A stretch of DNA of 64,000 nucleotides from Oculina patagonica. Taxonomy: Eukaryota. A program made the position numbers and the translations under genes. The DNA lies in NCBI RefSeq assembly GCF_052425735.1, contig NC_135766.1, positions 124,001-188,000 on the forward strand, written 5' to 3'. Below, one piece after another: positions 1-12,513 of this stretch. The first letter of the stretch is position 1. Each line of letters begins with the position of its first letter. The notes beneath the pieces were generated by a model, which made no database searches, was not told where the DNA came from, and worked only from the letters and a program-made list of their open reading frames with translations.

Positions 1-204
1 CGGCAAACGGCAAAGATAACTTCTGACTTTGAGTTATTTTCTTTTAATCCGTAAATAAAGCACACAAAAATAGAATAATGTCACCTAGAATTCATTGCAA
101 ATACAAATAATTTCACTCTACTGTATACACAACTGAAGAGAGACGGTAAAAGTTTAATTTTTGCCGTTTGCCGTTTGCCGTAAACGTCATGCTTAACCTC
201 TCTA
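1..204. mobile_element. MITE, left end cut by the window edge (PIF/Harbinger-like)
   Basis: cggcaaacggcaaa at 1-14 is the reverse complement of tttgccgtttgccg near 160-180; the element ends in ...aaacgtcatgcttaacctctcta(a). Confidence 0.6.
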
Positions 205-320
205 ATGCTATCTTACTGAACAGGAAGGTGACAAAATTCAGCAATAAATAAATTAAGCGATGCTTCGTCTAAACAAGCAGATTTTGTTTCTGTTTTATAA
301 CATACAGGAATTTTTTTTAG

Positions 321-685
321 AGTGCATAAGCTATCAAGCTCTGACCGATGGCGGCAGGAAAAACACCGCTGGTGGCGCTATCGAATGTGACAGCTCGCTT
401 GGTCCCGGATGGTTTCGATTTCTCGGAGACGCAGGAACAAAAATGCCTACTTCATGTGTTCCTGCATATCGTTGTGGAACCCATGCCCCTGGCTGGTTAA
501 ACGGTGCTCACCCAACAGTTACAGAGGGTAAAGTCACGAGGCAGGTCTGTTTCAACTGGGGGAATAACTGCTGTACTTGGACAATAAACATCCAAGTGCG
601 AAACTGCGGCGATTTCTTTGTTTATTACTTCAAAGGGACGCCTCCAGAACACTCGTGTAATCTTCGCTACTGTGGGGCTGACTAA
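321..685 (+). CDS. Terminal exon of uromodulin/GP2/OIT3-like D8C-domain gene A (upstream exons lie outside the window)
   Basis: Acceptor ttttttttAG at 319-320, phase 1. Encodes (E)CISYQALTDGGRK...CD...GWFRFLGDAGTKMPTSCVPAYRCGTHAPGWLNGAHPT...VCF...CC...VRNC...RYCGAD*, a typical D8C pattern. The N-terminus of ORF 260..685 is intronic. Confidence 0.88.
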
Positions 686-2250
686 GGTGGCACTTACAGC
701 AATACGACAACTCGTTTTCCTTTTTTTAAATTAAGCAATTATCTTGCACGACTGTGGGACTTTGAGTTTGCTTGTACGATCGAGGGTTAAGACGAGATTT
801 AAAAATAAAAATAGAACTAATATTTCACAGGCTAGCTGGAAGCGCATTCCAAAGTCTAGGCACCGAAACACTGAAGGAACTGTCAACAAAATATTTTTTT
901 CATTATGTCATATTGTAGAATAAGCTAAGGGCTTTCTACACAGTGCAAAATAATTGCGCTGCACCTTAAAAAACGAAACCTCTGGGAGGGGTTCCACCAC
1001 CAATAAAATTGTAACAACACGTAATCCAGTCATATTGAGAGCCAAGTGTTTTTGTTAATAAACGATTTTTTCCCATTCACCAGCACCGCTTTTGCCGTTG
1101 TCTTTGATTAGTAGTGCTTGGGCGGATTGATCGGAAGCCGATTAATACTTACCTAGAATACGTATATAGAATCGGGGTTTCCATTTCTCCCGTAAGGAGG
1201 TATCTTTCTTTGCTATTTTTTTGTGGTGTTTGAAATTAATAAAGGGAACGACAGAAAAAAATATACAGATTAAACTGACTGAAAAGGTTCCATGTTTTCA
1301 CTTTCCCTTTTTTACGTTCTGCAAATTTATTAAGTTTCTAACCCAAACTTCAGCAGGTGTGTCCAGTTTAAGAATGGTGGAAGCACGAGTCGGCTTTACT
1401 GATGGTAATATCTTTATTGAAATTAAACGACCTAGAGTGTTTAAAAACATGCTTTAACAATGACGAAAAGTGTTAAAATATTCAACTATTATTGGAAAAT
1501 TAAAACTTACATGAATAACCGAACCAGAACTTTAGGGTTAAATTTTGGACAAGAGGAATTTTAAAATGCACAATGAATTACTAAGGAAAAGAGTAATTTC
1601 ATCTTCACGAACCATAGTATTGTTTTCACGTCCTCGCTAAACTTATAGCATAGTCCGGAAGAGGGAACTCCCATACAAAAGTAAAAAAAAAAAAAAAAAG
1701 TGGACCGAATCTTTCTTTGGTTATTTGTGTGTGTACATTATACAATGTCGAACTTTGCTCTAGGTACAAGCACCCGTTAAATACAGCTACTTTGCTTGTG
1801 TGGGCATTGACTTTTCCATTGTCCGAAAAGAGCTAGTTTAGAACTCCAGGGATCTCTGCAATAAAAAAAAAATGGTACACCTTGGCGTACGGTAACAACA
1901 ATCACCCTCCCTCCCTCCCCCCTTCAATCCCATCACCCGCACTCCTTCATTCCCCTAGCTGGGATCTAGGCAAACTTTTTCAGGCCTTCAGGCTCTTAAA
2001 AAAACCATTATGTTTCAAAGCAGCTAAAACATGGGTTTTCCATCTCCACGGTGAAAATTAAGGGCCTTCCTGGTTCCGGTTTCCACTCTTTGGGACCCAT
2101 CTTCTCTTTAATTTACTCTCCAAATACTACCACGCCATTAATACAAAGGGTTTTGTTCACCCTGTACTTCTATTTCCTACATATTTGTGGCTTGTGGCTA
2201 CGACCAACCACTACGTCCACAAGTCAGAGTGTGATTGTAAAGTAAATATT

Positions 2251-2411
2251 AGGGACGTTCAGATGAGAGCACGAGAACCAGTTTGAGAACGAGTACGGCT
2301 TTTTAAACAGCCAAAGCGAGGAGAGGGGACATTGGAAACGTAACTGAATTGAAATTCGAAAGTCGTTTCTCGTACTCGATATCGTCCTTGTACTCCGATC
2401 TGAAGGTCCCT
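2251..2411. mobile_element. Short MITE
   Basis: TIRs agggacgttcagat / atctgaaggtccct (1 mismatch) with internal inverted gagtacg/cgtactc motifs. Confidence 0.6.
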
Positions 2412-2509
2412 CTTATTTTGATGTTTCTTCCAGTTATACTACCTACCGAAAACATCTATTCAATTACGTTTGGTAGCATAAGCATGAGCAATACATCGCG
2501 TCCCTGATA

Positions 2510-3267
2510 CTGAATGTCATGGCCAGAAAATCCGGAGACGCCGACGGCGCACGCGAGAGTTTCACTGGAAATATAGCCGCCAAACATCCAAAACCTTTGT
2601 ATGGGATGAAATAAATAACGTGAAATTGAATGATTTCTTGTTTACCTGGAACAAGTGCCGAATTACAGTCGAGTTCCTGAACGTTTCCTCAGCTGATTCT
2701 TAAAGTTGTTCCTGGCTTTGCTTTTTATTTCCGAAGCTTGGCGTGGCTTGGCTCATACAACGCTCTATATTTAAGAGACCTGAATAATTAAAACAGCGAT
2801 TTTGATACATCGTAGTAGGTAAAATAATCTTGATATCCCAAGTGCCGCTTTCGCTTGAGAAAAAACATTATATAAAATACCATTCGCCAAATTTTTATTC
2901 CTTGGGGTTTGCAAATTGCTTTCAAAAACCATAAAAATCGCATAATGAAACGCAGGCGACAGTCCATGTTAAGATCCAAAAATCCACTGTCTTTGAACTG
3001 CGATATTTTCGCCGTCTTTGCTCCGATTTTGCTGCAAAAACTTTTGCTCCAGTTTTATGATCGTGCAATATTTTTAACTAGTGGTTTCCCTACTACACAA
3101 AATATTCCTCCATGTAGGCCTCATTCTTGTGTATCATCGTCGATGTATATTAGCCCAAAGTCAGGCTTTCGAATCAGCGGCTATTAGCAACTTTCGTGAC
3201 CGATTAATGTACGATGCATCAAAATTCGCCGACTCAAATGTCTGCGATTTCTGGCCATGGCAACCAG
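2510..3267. mobile_element. Degraded non-autonomous TIR element
   Basis: Imperfect inverted termini ctgaatgtcatggccagaaaatc / gatttctggccatggcaaccag; no credible ORF inside. Confidence 0.35.
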
Positions 3268-3452
3268 AAAGATGAAGAAAAAGAAAAAATTAAACTGGTA
3301 GGCCACATAACTGGACTGGCGTTTGGTGGTTACATGTATTTCCTTTTTCTGGGTTATTTTAATTCGACAAAATACATACTACGTGGTAACAACAAACAAC
3401 GACGGTTTTCAGACAATATGCTCAGTTCGATTCGATATCCGTCTACTTTTGA

Positions 3453-3690
3453 GGGCCCAGTTTTATATGGGTAATATTTTTGTTCAGATTGTCTTGCAAC
3501 ATCGTTGCATTGCAAGCTGCAAAGTGTTGTTGCTCGTATTAACTCTCGTGTTGCGAGTTGTGGCGAAATTTTGCGCGAAGTAGACGTGGGCTCAATTTTT
3601 TACTGATGGTACTACGCGCAACAACACCTAACAACTTGCATGCAACAAAGTAACAGTGTTGCGAGACAAGTTGAATAAACACTTTACCCT
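3453..3690. mobile_element. Degraded Harbinger-like MITE
   Basis: Inverted ttgcaacatcgttgcattgcaag / aacttgcatgcaaca...gttgcgagacaagttgaa motifs. Confidence 0.4.
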
Positions 3691-4140
3691 TGTAGTTCTC
3701 CTTTATAGAGGATTGACATAACAGCAAAAAGGTAAACTTTTCAGTTTTTTTTAATGAAGACACGGTGTCAAATAATACACAAAGTCGTGATTTTGAAATA
3801 ATTTCACTCGTGATTTAGCTGTGATTATCACGGAATTGAGGATTATTATTTTTCTTTATTTACTGCGATAAAGAGCGTTGTATAAATTAATAAGATCCTT
3901 ACAAATAAAACTTCTTCCTTCCTTGTATTTGACGATTCAGCCTTTGGGTGAAAAATTTTCTTTAAAATTTTACATCTGCGCTCAAAGCAGAGTTTCTCGG
4001 CAAACTGTTATTTTTTTCTGGTAATCATTAAATCTTTGAATTATCTTGTAATATACAAGCCACCTAAAGTGATTTATTTTCTACATTACGGCTTGAACAG
4101 TGTATTGATGGTGTGAGTTTTTTTAGCTGCTGTGAAGGGA

Positions 4141-4297
4141 AGCTGTTTCAGGCGTTCAGCTTGTTGGGGATTTCCGAGATGAACGGCGAATGGAAAACAG
4201 CGAGGAGGATGGGGCAGAGAGAACAATGACCTTCGGGTTTGGATTCACTGCCTTTCTTTGAGCTGCTTTCCAACCAATTGAACGCTAGAATAGGCTA
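4141..4297. mobile_element. Short degraded MITE
   Basis: Imperfect TIRs agctgtttcaggcgttcag / ttgaacgctagaataggcta. Confidence 0.45.
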
Positions 4298-4463
4298 CCC
4301 ACATGTGTATTCAACATTTTCTTTTTTTCAATATGAGTGAACATGGTCGATCCATTTGACCACCATACTTGAGCATGTTGGAGTTTGTTTTACGTCATAA
4401 CGTCAAACTTTAGCATCTGTTCGCGGTTCATCCTTGTCATATCAAATTGTTCCTAACAGCTTT

Positions 4464-4834
4464 TTAATCAGCACCACAGTAGCGCAGATGGCACGTGTGC
4501 TCTGGAGGCGTTCGATCGATGTAGTAAACGAAGTAATCACCGCAGTTTCGCACGTAGACGTTGATGGCCCATACACAGCAGTTGGAGAAATAGTTAAAGC
4601 AGACCTGTCTCGTAACCTGACCCTCTGCAACGGTAGGATGAGCGCCGTTTAACCAACCAGGGGCATGAGTCCCACAATGGTTAGTAGCGACACATGTGGA
4701 GGCCATTTTTGTCCCTGCAGCACCCTGGAAACGATACCAGTCGGGTACAAGTGAATAATAGTCACAGGTCACTAGTGCTCCATTGTAAGTGTTTTTTCTG
4801 TCCCCGGTGGTAAGGCTTTGATAATTCTGACATT
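4464..4834 (-). CDS. Uromodulin-like gene B, terminal exon (D8C domain)
   Basis: Acceptor ttatAG at 4836-4835, phase 1. Encodes (E)CQNYQSLTTGDRKNTYNGALVTCDYYSLVPDWYRFQGAAGTKMASTCVATNHCGTHAPGWLNGAHPTVAEGQVTRQVCF...RYCGAD*. Gene B = join(6862-6535, 6455-6306, 5727-5593, 4834-4464), 984 nt, 327 aa, open throughout. Confidence 0.88.
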
Positions 4835-5592
4835 CTATAAAGAAAAATAAATGAAATTCGCAGCTGTCTTTTTAGGCGTTCTGACATTACATTAAATTCA
4901 TCATAGCAACTCAACAAACGACGAACAGTAGGATCTTAGGACATACCAATGAATTCAGAAATCTAAAATAACTTAACATGTACACTAATACCAGTGTTAT
5001 TTTTTTCTATGAACTCAGAAGCTTCGAAATAACTTAGCACTTAAATATAATTCAATACAAGGGTTGTATTTATGTATTTGTTTATTTATTTAATTAATTA
5101 TTTATTTGTTTATTTATTTAGTAGTTGCTGTGTCATCTGAAATAGCTGTCTCGTTCACAAGGCGCTATTGACGCCCTAACGGTAATCAGTGGGGTTGCTG
5201 ATAAGGCCCTTGGAAATAAATTTCACAATGATCTGCCCTGCAGTCGTGCGTATAAGAATAAAACGTTCATTTTATCTTATTTTATATATTAGTTCTGGCT
5301 TTGACTGTGAGCATAAAGATTAACTAGCCTTAGTCGAACCGTTATGTCACGAGATGTCACGACGTCCTATGTCACGACGTCGTATATTCCGCTACCTCTT
5401 AAAGTAGGCCAGATGCTGTTGAATCAAGTTCATATTTCGAATTACATCAGGTCCTAAAATGAGCCATAAAAACATGATATATTTTATATATTGCAACATC
5501 CTTAATTTATTAAGGCACGAGGAAACGTTGCGAAAATTGTGGCCCACTGACTTAGCTTTTTACTACGCTAGTAAACATAACATTACACTTAC

Positions 5593-5727
5593 CAGTCGGT
5601 ACGCAGCTTGTCCTGCCGTCTCCCAAGTAGCCATGGTTACAAGAGCAGTTGTAAGATCCAACAGTGTTTGTGCACGTAGCTGTACCGCTGATACAATCGT
5701 GGTTATTGCTGGCGCATTCGTCGATAT
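5593..5727 (-). CDS. Uromodulin-like gene B, calcium-binding EGF exon
   Basis: gcAG|ATATCGACGAATGC...ACTG|GTAAGT; 135 bp, phase 1-1; (D)IDECASNNHDCISGTATCTNTVGSYNCSCNHGYLGDGRTSCVPT. Confidence 0.85.
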
Positions 5728-5822
5728 CTGCATTTCAAAGTAACATTTAAAGATGTCTTATTTTCACGCCCTTAAAAATAACATTAAACTTTAGTAATAC
5801 TCTGAATTATTTAAATTCTCAC

Positions 5823-5925
5823 CTGAGCAAGTTTTACCATTTCCAGTAAACCCATTTTCGCATAAACAACGAAAAGATCCGTGAGTATTCTAACAGTTGG
5901 CCTTGACGTCACAGACGGGCATAGA
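5823..5925 (-). pseudogene. Dead EGF exon inside an intron of gene B
   Basis: Reads MPVCDVKANC*NTHGSFRCLCENGFTGNGKTCS with an intact CAG|GTGAGA donor, but has an in-frame TAG (5892-5890) and lacks the DxDEC start and acceptor. Confidence 0.75.
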
Positions 5926-6305
5926 CATATGTTAATGAAACATCACACCTCTAACCGCATATATAACACTGTTAAACCGTTATTTTATTTGTCACTTGAA
6001 AACGATGTCAGGATGACATCGAAACGTTGTGTCTTACTGCCGCTTATTTTTATTGTCAAAAAATACAGTTTCTCTATAATAAAAACCATTGTATTCAGCA
6101 AAAGATAAATCATAATTGTAACTGTTTTAATATATCAAAGGGAGTAATTAATACGGCAGAGGTCTTTTTTCTTTCGGAGGCAAGCTTCCGGAATTTTATT
6201 TTCTGTACTCTTTCTAGTGTATCGGGGAACTAGTGATGTCCTAGATGTTTGAGGTTTCCCGGCTCTGACATCCTAACCACTCATGTACTTACAAGTTTCA
6301 ATTAC

Positions 6306-6455
6306 CTTCTTTCTCCATGTCGCAATGCGCGAGTATAGTCTTCCCAGGTATAATGGAATCAAACCAGTATTTGCCACTCATCGCTTGTCCTCCATCACTC
6401 GCCTTGATTTCTTTACATGTTTCAGCGGGAAGTTCAGGAATGGAACCGAGGGGAA
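6306..6455 (-). CDS. Uromodulin-like gene B, exon 2 (short motif resembling the N-terminal segment of collagen NC1/fibrinogen-related domains)
   Basis: tttcttAG|TTCCCCTC...AAGAAG|GTAAT; 150 bp, phase 1-1; (V)PLGSIPELPAETCKEIKASDGGQAMSGKYWFDSIIPGKTILAHCDMEKE. Confidence 0.82.
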
Positions 6456-6534
6456 CTAAGAAACAAACGAAAGCATATTATTTTCTGTTATAAGAGTTAT
6501 TTTGCTTCGTTACTGTTTTGTTATGCAAACTCGC

Positions 6535-6862
6535 CTCTATTCTTGTCGCGTCTAAAATAATATCTGCCAGAGTCGGGGACAAAATCTTCAGGTCTGGCTT
6601 CCTTGGTGCGGTTGTTCAATTCACACATGAACTGAGAAATGACGAAATTGAAGCTTTGGCATCTGACGTCACCATAACATTCTCTAAGGCACACGTCGCC
6701 CAATGGTGCCCCTGTGATCCGTTTAAAGATGTGTCGCCGTAGCATCATGCCAAAGATGGAACTTTCGTCTTTCTGACCGCTACATTGTTGAGAATCTGCT
6801 GCATAAAGCATTTTACAAAGGACAAGTAAAACTGAGATGTAAAAGTATCGTTTTACGGCCAT
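6535..6862 (-). CDS. Uromodulin-like gene B, first coding exon (signal peptide + PAN/Apple-like domain)
   Basis: ATG at 6862 (MAVKRYFYISVLLVLCKMLYAADS, hydrophobic leader), then CLRECYGDVRCQSFNFVISQFMCELNN (PAN/Apple cysteine pattern). GC donor AG|GCGAGT at 6534; upstream acceptor tttcAG at 6895-6894. Confidence 0.82.
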
Positions 6863-7164
6863 TCTTGTTCCGTTCTTGCACAAAGAGGAACTCCTGAAAT
6901 TATAAAATTACATTCACGAGTAGTTTGTAAATACCGAAAGGAATCACGTTTTCAAGATGTATGTCACTTGTAAAAACAGTTATGACCGATCTGGTATTTT
7001 TTTTATCATTCATTTTCGTTAAAAATTTGTCAACAAGAGAAGCATGTTTTTTTCTACTATTTACTCAAATTTAATACAGTTACTTTATGAAATCGATTTT
7101 TGGAATACTCTTTAAGATCAGGCACTCTGTGACCGATCAGGTCCTTATACAGTGTTACTCAATA

Positions 7165-7870
7165 ATTTACCCCTTCTTGACTTATAGTTTAATAACTTGG
7201 GGGAATACATATCAAACAACTCTTTTGACACTTATCATCCTACAAAAAAATCAGTCAGATTATTGATATTCTCAGAATATAATTCCCAATCTAATCCACT
7301 CTTTAAGAAATTAGAAATACTTAAAGCAAGTGATTTCATATATTTGTATAGTGCTTTTTTTGTGTATGGCTATTACTCTAATAGGCTGCCATTGATTTTT
7401 GACAACTTCTTTAAGAGTATCAACAAAGTGCATCAATATTAAACCAGACTGGTGAGTAAGATTTCATACTATCTGCTAAAGCAAGAACTAATTACGGCAA
7501 ATTTAACATTCGTTTTTTCGGTGCTAAAGTTTGGAATTCCATTGATGACTCACTTAAATCTAAGAGTCGTGCTTGTTTTCTTTAAAGAATTGATTATCTC
7601 CAACTTCTGACTGGTATATTGATGTACTTTCTTTTTCTTTTTTTGTGTGTCCACATCCATTTTTGTGGGCTCTTTTTCGTACCCTGTGTACATGTATGTT
7701 ATACTTTGTAACTTAATTGCATTTTTTTTTCCGCGTGGCCCAACCACTTCGCTCGATTAGCCTTAGCTATTTCTAAGTGGCTGTGATTTGTTGTTGTTGT
7801 TTTTTTTTTTTCACGGTGCATGTATTTATCTTCATTTTAACATTTCTGGGCACGAAATAAAGATTGTTGA
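7165..7870 (+). mobile_element. 3' fragment of an L2/CR1-group LINE (ORF2 C-terminus + 3' UTR)
   Basis: Frameshifted WGNTYQTTL..LIILQKKSVRLLIFSEYNSQSNPLFKKLEILK...HQY*TR...RTNYGKFNIRFFGAKVWNSI; aataaa near 7856. Confidence 0.7.
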
Positions 7871-8207
7871 TGTTTTTATGGACTGTACTACTTTTTTTGC
7901 TTGAAACGGTAAAGTATTGTAAAATTGAAGTGAGATTTTTAAAATTTTTACAACAAGCCACATTTGAAGCGACATGAAGAGAAGTATCAACACTCAAAAC
8001 AATTCCTTGAAAACCAATTTTTGAGTCCGGTTAGTACACTGTTTGTAATTAACTTTAAATACAAGCTTGAATATCAGATAAGATCTCAAATTTCTTTTTG
8101 TATCATCATCTGCGCCAGCAACCGGAAAAATCTATCCAATTTTACTTTCATTTGCATATGTAAATCAAATTGTTGCTTATAGAGTCGAGCAAGAAACGTG
8201 TTAAACT

Positions 8208-8401
8208 CATCCTCAAAGACGCAGGGGCAGTAAGTGGGGGCGTGGGAAAGCCTATACGGGAGAAAAAAATCGGCGAAGAAAAGCCAAAAATGAAAAGAAG
8301 AGCCCTCTTCCTTTTTTCTTGACTTTACTTCGCCGATTTGTTTTCGCACGTATGGGCTTCTCCCCTCGTCCCTACTAACTGCCTCTGGGTCTCCGAAGAT
8401 G
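8208..8401. mobile_element. Palindromic MITE with 9-bp TSD (CA...TG termini, AcademH-like)
   Basis: TIRs catcctcaaagacgcaggggcag / ctgcctctgggtctccgaagatg; flanks tgttaaact (8199-8207) and tgttgaact (8402-8410). Confidence 0.65.
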
Positions 8402-8849
8402 TGTTGAACTAAAAAAACTCTACTTGGGTACTTAGTTGAAACACAGTAGTTACACCGCATGAGTACAATGTCAGCAGCATTTTGTTTTTCAATTTATATT
8501 TTAAATTAATAAAGCTGTTTTCTGATCGATATCATGGAACAATCACTAAACTCAAGATACCACGTTATGTATAAAGGTAACAATTTGCACGTTGCCATGG
8601 ATATGTGCAAGTTTTTTTGTCCACGTGTTATCATGTTCTATTATAATTGACTAAGCTTTGAAATTATCTTTTTCTTTCTAAAATGATTTCGTTGTAATGG
8701 AAACTGGCAGCACTGTAAATCAAACGTCGAAGAATTTATTAAACTTGTTTTATTTTTTTGCAAAGTACAAAACATACAATTACAAATGGTTACAATTTTT
8801 TGCTAGCCTAAAACAGCTGCGCAATTGCTGTTTTGGCAATAAATATGTT

Positions 8850-11800
8850 TTTAATTACTTAACAATATATTATTTACAATAATAATTACAGATACTCTAT
8901 TTTACTATTTTACATCAAGCTACATGTATACAAAAAAAGTAATGAAAATGAGAAACCAAATGAAAAAGGGGATAAGTTAAACTAAGTTTGGAAAATTTCT
9001 CGTCCATTTCTTATAAAATGCTTCTAATTCGTTATTTTTGGTCGCGATGTATTTTTCTGTCTGATATTTTATTTTTATTTTCAGTATAAAACCTTTTATA
9101 TACGGCCGTACACACTTCCTCCTGCAATCCCAAATATAAACTTTACCGATTAAAATTAGATAGTTTAGTAAGGGGCATGGTAAAGGTAAAGTCTGTCTCC
9201 GAGCCATGAGGCCCATACAGCCGGAGCTTATCCCGGTTTCCGTAGCATTAAGCGACTAGGAGTATTGCTACTCCCCCCTGGATGGGATGCTAGTCCATCG
9301 CAAGGTTACCCCCCAGCAGTAAATTCGCCGGTACCCATTTATACACCTGGGTGGAGAGAGGCACTGTGAGAGTAAAGTGTCTTGCCCAAGAACACAACGC
9401 AGCGCCCTGGCCAGGTCTCGAACCCGGGCCGTTCGACTCGGAGTCGAGCGCGCTAACCATTAGGCCACCGCGCCTCCCAAGGGGCATGATGGTGCTGTAA
9501 TACCTATAATGATTTCTTGAAGGCTGAGAACTTTAATTTGTTTTGTTAGGTCAAAGTAGTATTTTTCCAGTTGTTTCCAAAATAGGTTTCAGTGGGGGCA
9601 GTTGAAAAATAGGTGGTGTAATGTTTCTGATTCATTGTTGCAGAAAGTACATTTGTCATGCTCGCTGTATCCAATTTTAAATAATTTCGTATTTGTATAA
9701 AGAATTGAATTTAAAACTTTGCATTGAAAAGCTCTGACATAAGGTTCATTTGCTATTTTATGCGGTAGGTTAAAGGCAACTTTCAATTCTTCATCTGTTA
9801 AGTTGAACTGTTGTCTTAGTTTTTTAACGTTATTAGGTAGTTGAGCTTTTTTACTAATTATCAGAGAATAGTAGTCTTTTGATCTCTTTTTTGTAATGTC
9901 AAAGACAACATTGTTGTACTTAAAAGAGGGATTCCTTCTTGTGAACCTCTACCGAACTGTTTTTAGTTCGGAAGGTATTGAATGTCTAAGACCTGTCCAA
10001 GTAAGAAAATTGACATTTTTTAATTTTGTTTCTTATTATGTCGAATGAGTCGATGTTGTTTAAATTTAAAAGGAGATCACCAACAGTGTAAATTTCGCAA
10101 TCATAGTATGACCTATGAAAATCAGGTTTTCCATTTATTCTTATATCTTTGTTATTCCAAACAACAGATATCCAGTTTATCTCATCAGAAAAGAGATCTC
10201 GGAATTCTAACCACCATAGCAGCAGTTCCCTATAGAAATTTGAAGTTATCGAAATGTATTTTGTTTCATAGTTGCATTCAAAAATGAATGAGCCCCCCAC
10301 ATCCTTCAAAAGATACATCAAATATATTTTCCATGTACTTTCTTTATTATTGAATATTCGGTTCGGCCAGGCTAGCCTAAGAACTTTAATCATGCTCTCA
10401 ATGTCTATCATTTTTATACCTCCACCTTCAAAATCATTAATTGCTGAGAGCCTTGTAACCTTGTATTTTCCTTTCCATAATATGTGTTAATTATATGATT
10501 TACTTGTTTTATAATACTTACCGGGGTTGGAAGTAAGGAGGACACATAGACTAGTTTAGGGATGAGTAGAGATTTAATAATTGTCACCTTTCCATAAATG
10601 GAAATACCTCTAGAAGACCAAATATTTGTGAGCTTTTTCATATTATCGAGTTTCTCCCGGAAGTTTCTTTCAAAAAGTAATGTTTGATCGTACGTGAAAG
10701 ATACACCTAAAGCTTTAATGGGTTCATTTGGCCACTTTATACCAAGTGGCTTTTCTTCGTTTTTTTAAGAGACCCAATCCACATACCTTCTGTTTTTGAA
10801 CTGTTGACTTCAAGTCCGCATAAATTTTTAAATAAATTTAATTGTTGAAATAAAGCATTTGCCGAGTTTAAATTTGATAACACAGCAGTAGTGTCGTCTG
10901 CATATTGAAGCAGCTTAGTTTCATTTTTTCCTATTTTAATTCCCTCAATTTCAGGATTTTGCCGAATAGAAATTGCCAAGGTCTCGATGGCTTAAAGAAA
11001 GAGGTAGGGGGAAAGGGGGTCGCCATGTCTCACACCTCTTTCTAAGGTAAAATAATCCGATGCTAAACCATTGTTTATTACACAGCTCTGAATGTTTTGA
11101 TAAAAAAGTTCTGACCCAATTTATTAAGTCAGGGCCAAAATTAAACGCTTTCAAACAGCTAAAAAGATAATGCCATTCTAAGGTGTCGAAGGCTTTTCTA
11201 AAATCAATAAAAATCAAAATGCCAGGAACGATCTCGTTATTCGTAAATTCCATTATGTCGTAAAAAACGATCTCACTCTCTCTCCAATGTAACGGTCTTC
11301 AGTTTACATAGCCGGTTTGATTGTGATGAATAATATTTGGCAAGACATCTTTTACCCTAGCTGCGAAAACTTTCGAAATTATTTTCGCGTCAACATTAAT
11401 TAGGGATATTGGCCGCCAGTTTTCCATAAGAGTTCGATCTTTACCTTGTTTCTCAGTTAAAGTGATAACTGCTTTTCTTTGCGTGCAGGACATTTCACCA
11501 AGTTTAAAAGATTCATTAACGCATTCGATAAAAGAATCACTAATTAGGTTCCAGCATGTTTAATAAAATTCAATTGGTATTCCGTCATTACGAGTAGGTG
11601 ATTTGTTGTTTTGAAAGCTTTCTAAAATAGACTTTAATTCCTCAAGGGATATTTCACCTTCACAAGATTGTTTCTGTTCTTCAGATAATTTCGGTATATT
11701 CAAGTTGATTAAAAAGATCTCACTATCGTTGTTTACTATGCCGGAAAATCGAGATTTATAAAGGTTTCGATAAAAGCGCTTCTGTTCATCAAGTATTTTG

Positions 11801-12513
11801 AAAGGATCGGTTGTGATAACACCACTGACTAGTAACTTCCTAATATGCTTTTTAACATTATTTCGTTTTTCTAAATTTAAAAAGTACTTTGTGCTTCTTT
11901 CTCCGTATTCGTGCCATCCAGCCCTTGCGCGAATGATAATGCCTTTTGTTTTTTCTTCATAAAAAAGTTCAAAAGCGTCTTTCGCTTCATTTAAAATATT
12001 TTGATTTGAAACAGTCGGGTTTTCTTCGAAATTCTTTTTTGCTATTTCATAATCATTTTGCAGAGATTTTTCCTCTTTGTTTCGTTCTTTGGCCTTTTGT
12101 TTAGAGTAAGAGATGGCATGATTTCGAATATTAAATTTCAGCCAATCCCAGACAGCGCGTTTATCAGATAAGTCATTCATACCTGTTATCTTCCATTGTG
12201 GAAGTTTGTTTTCCAAATCCTCAAGATAGTTTTCATCATCAAGCAGAGATACATTCATTTTCCAAAAGCCAGGACCCTTAGCATTTTGATATGAATCGGT
12301 CAGGTTAATATCCATCGCTGCATGATCACTTTTTATCGCTGGAATAATATTCGTTGAGTTAACAAAGTCTTGCAAGATGTTAGATACTAACCAGTAATCT
12401 AATCGACAAAAAAAATTTGTGATGATTTTTGGCTCCAGGTGTAACTTTTTGTTTGAGGGTTTTTAATTCTCCAAATGTCAATAAGGTCTAGTTCATTTTG
12501 TAAACATTTAATT
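8850..12513 (-). mobile_element. 5'-truncated, frameshifted Tx1/L1-clade LINE (ORF2: endonuclease end, RT, zinc finger)
   Basis: Collinear fragments DIWRIKNP..YTW..RLDYWL..SDH (APE end); NWRPISLINVDAKI, IDFRKAFDTLEW, LLQYADDTT (RT); CTFCNNESETLHHLFFNC (zf-RVT). ORF2 stop at 8977; 3' boundary approximate. Confidence 0.9.
9180..9478 (-). mobile_element. tRNA-derived SINE with CORE-like central domain and (TTTACC)n tail
   Basis: A box TGGCCTAATGG, B box GGTTCGAGACC, CORE-like tgtgttcttgggcaagacactttactctcacagtgcctc...aaatggg; perfect 10-bp TSD aaggggcatg (9170-9179, 9479-9488). Confidence 0.9.

Noticed and set aside
9400-9478. tRNA-like sequence with A and B boxes
   Set aside because: It is the head of a SINE (CORE-like body, tail and TSD present), not a tRNA gene.
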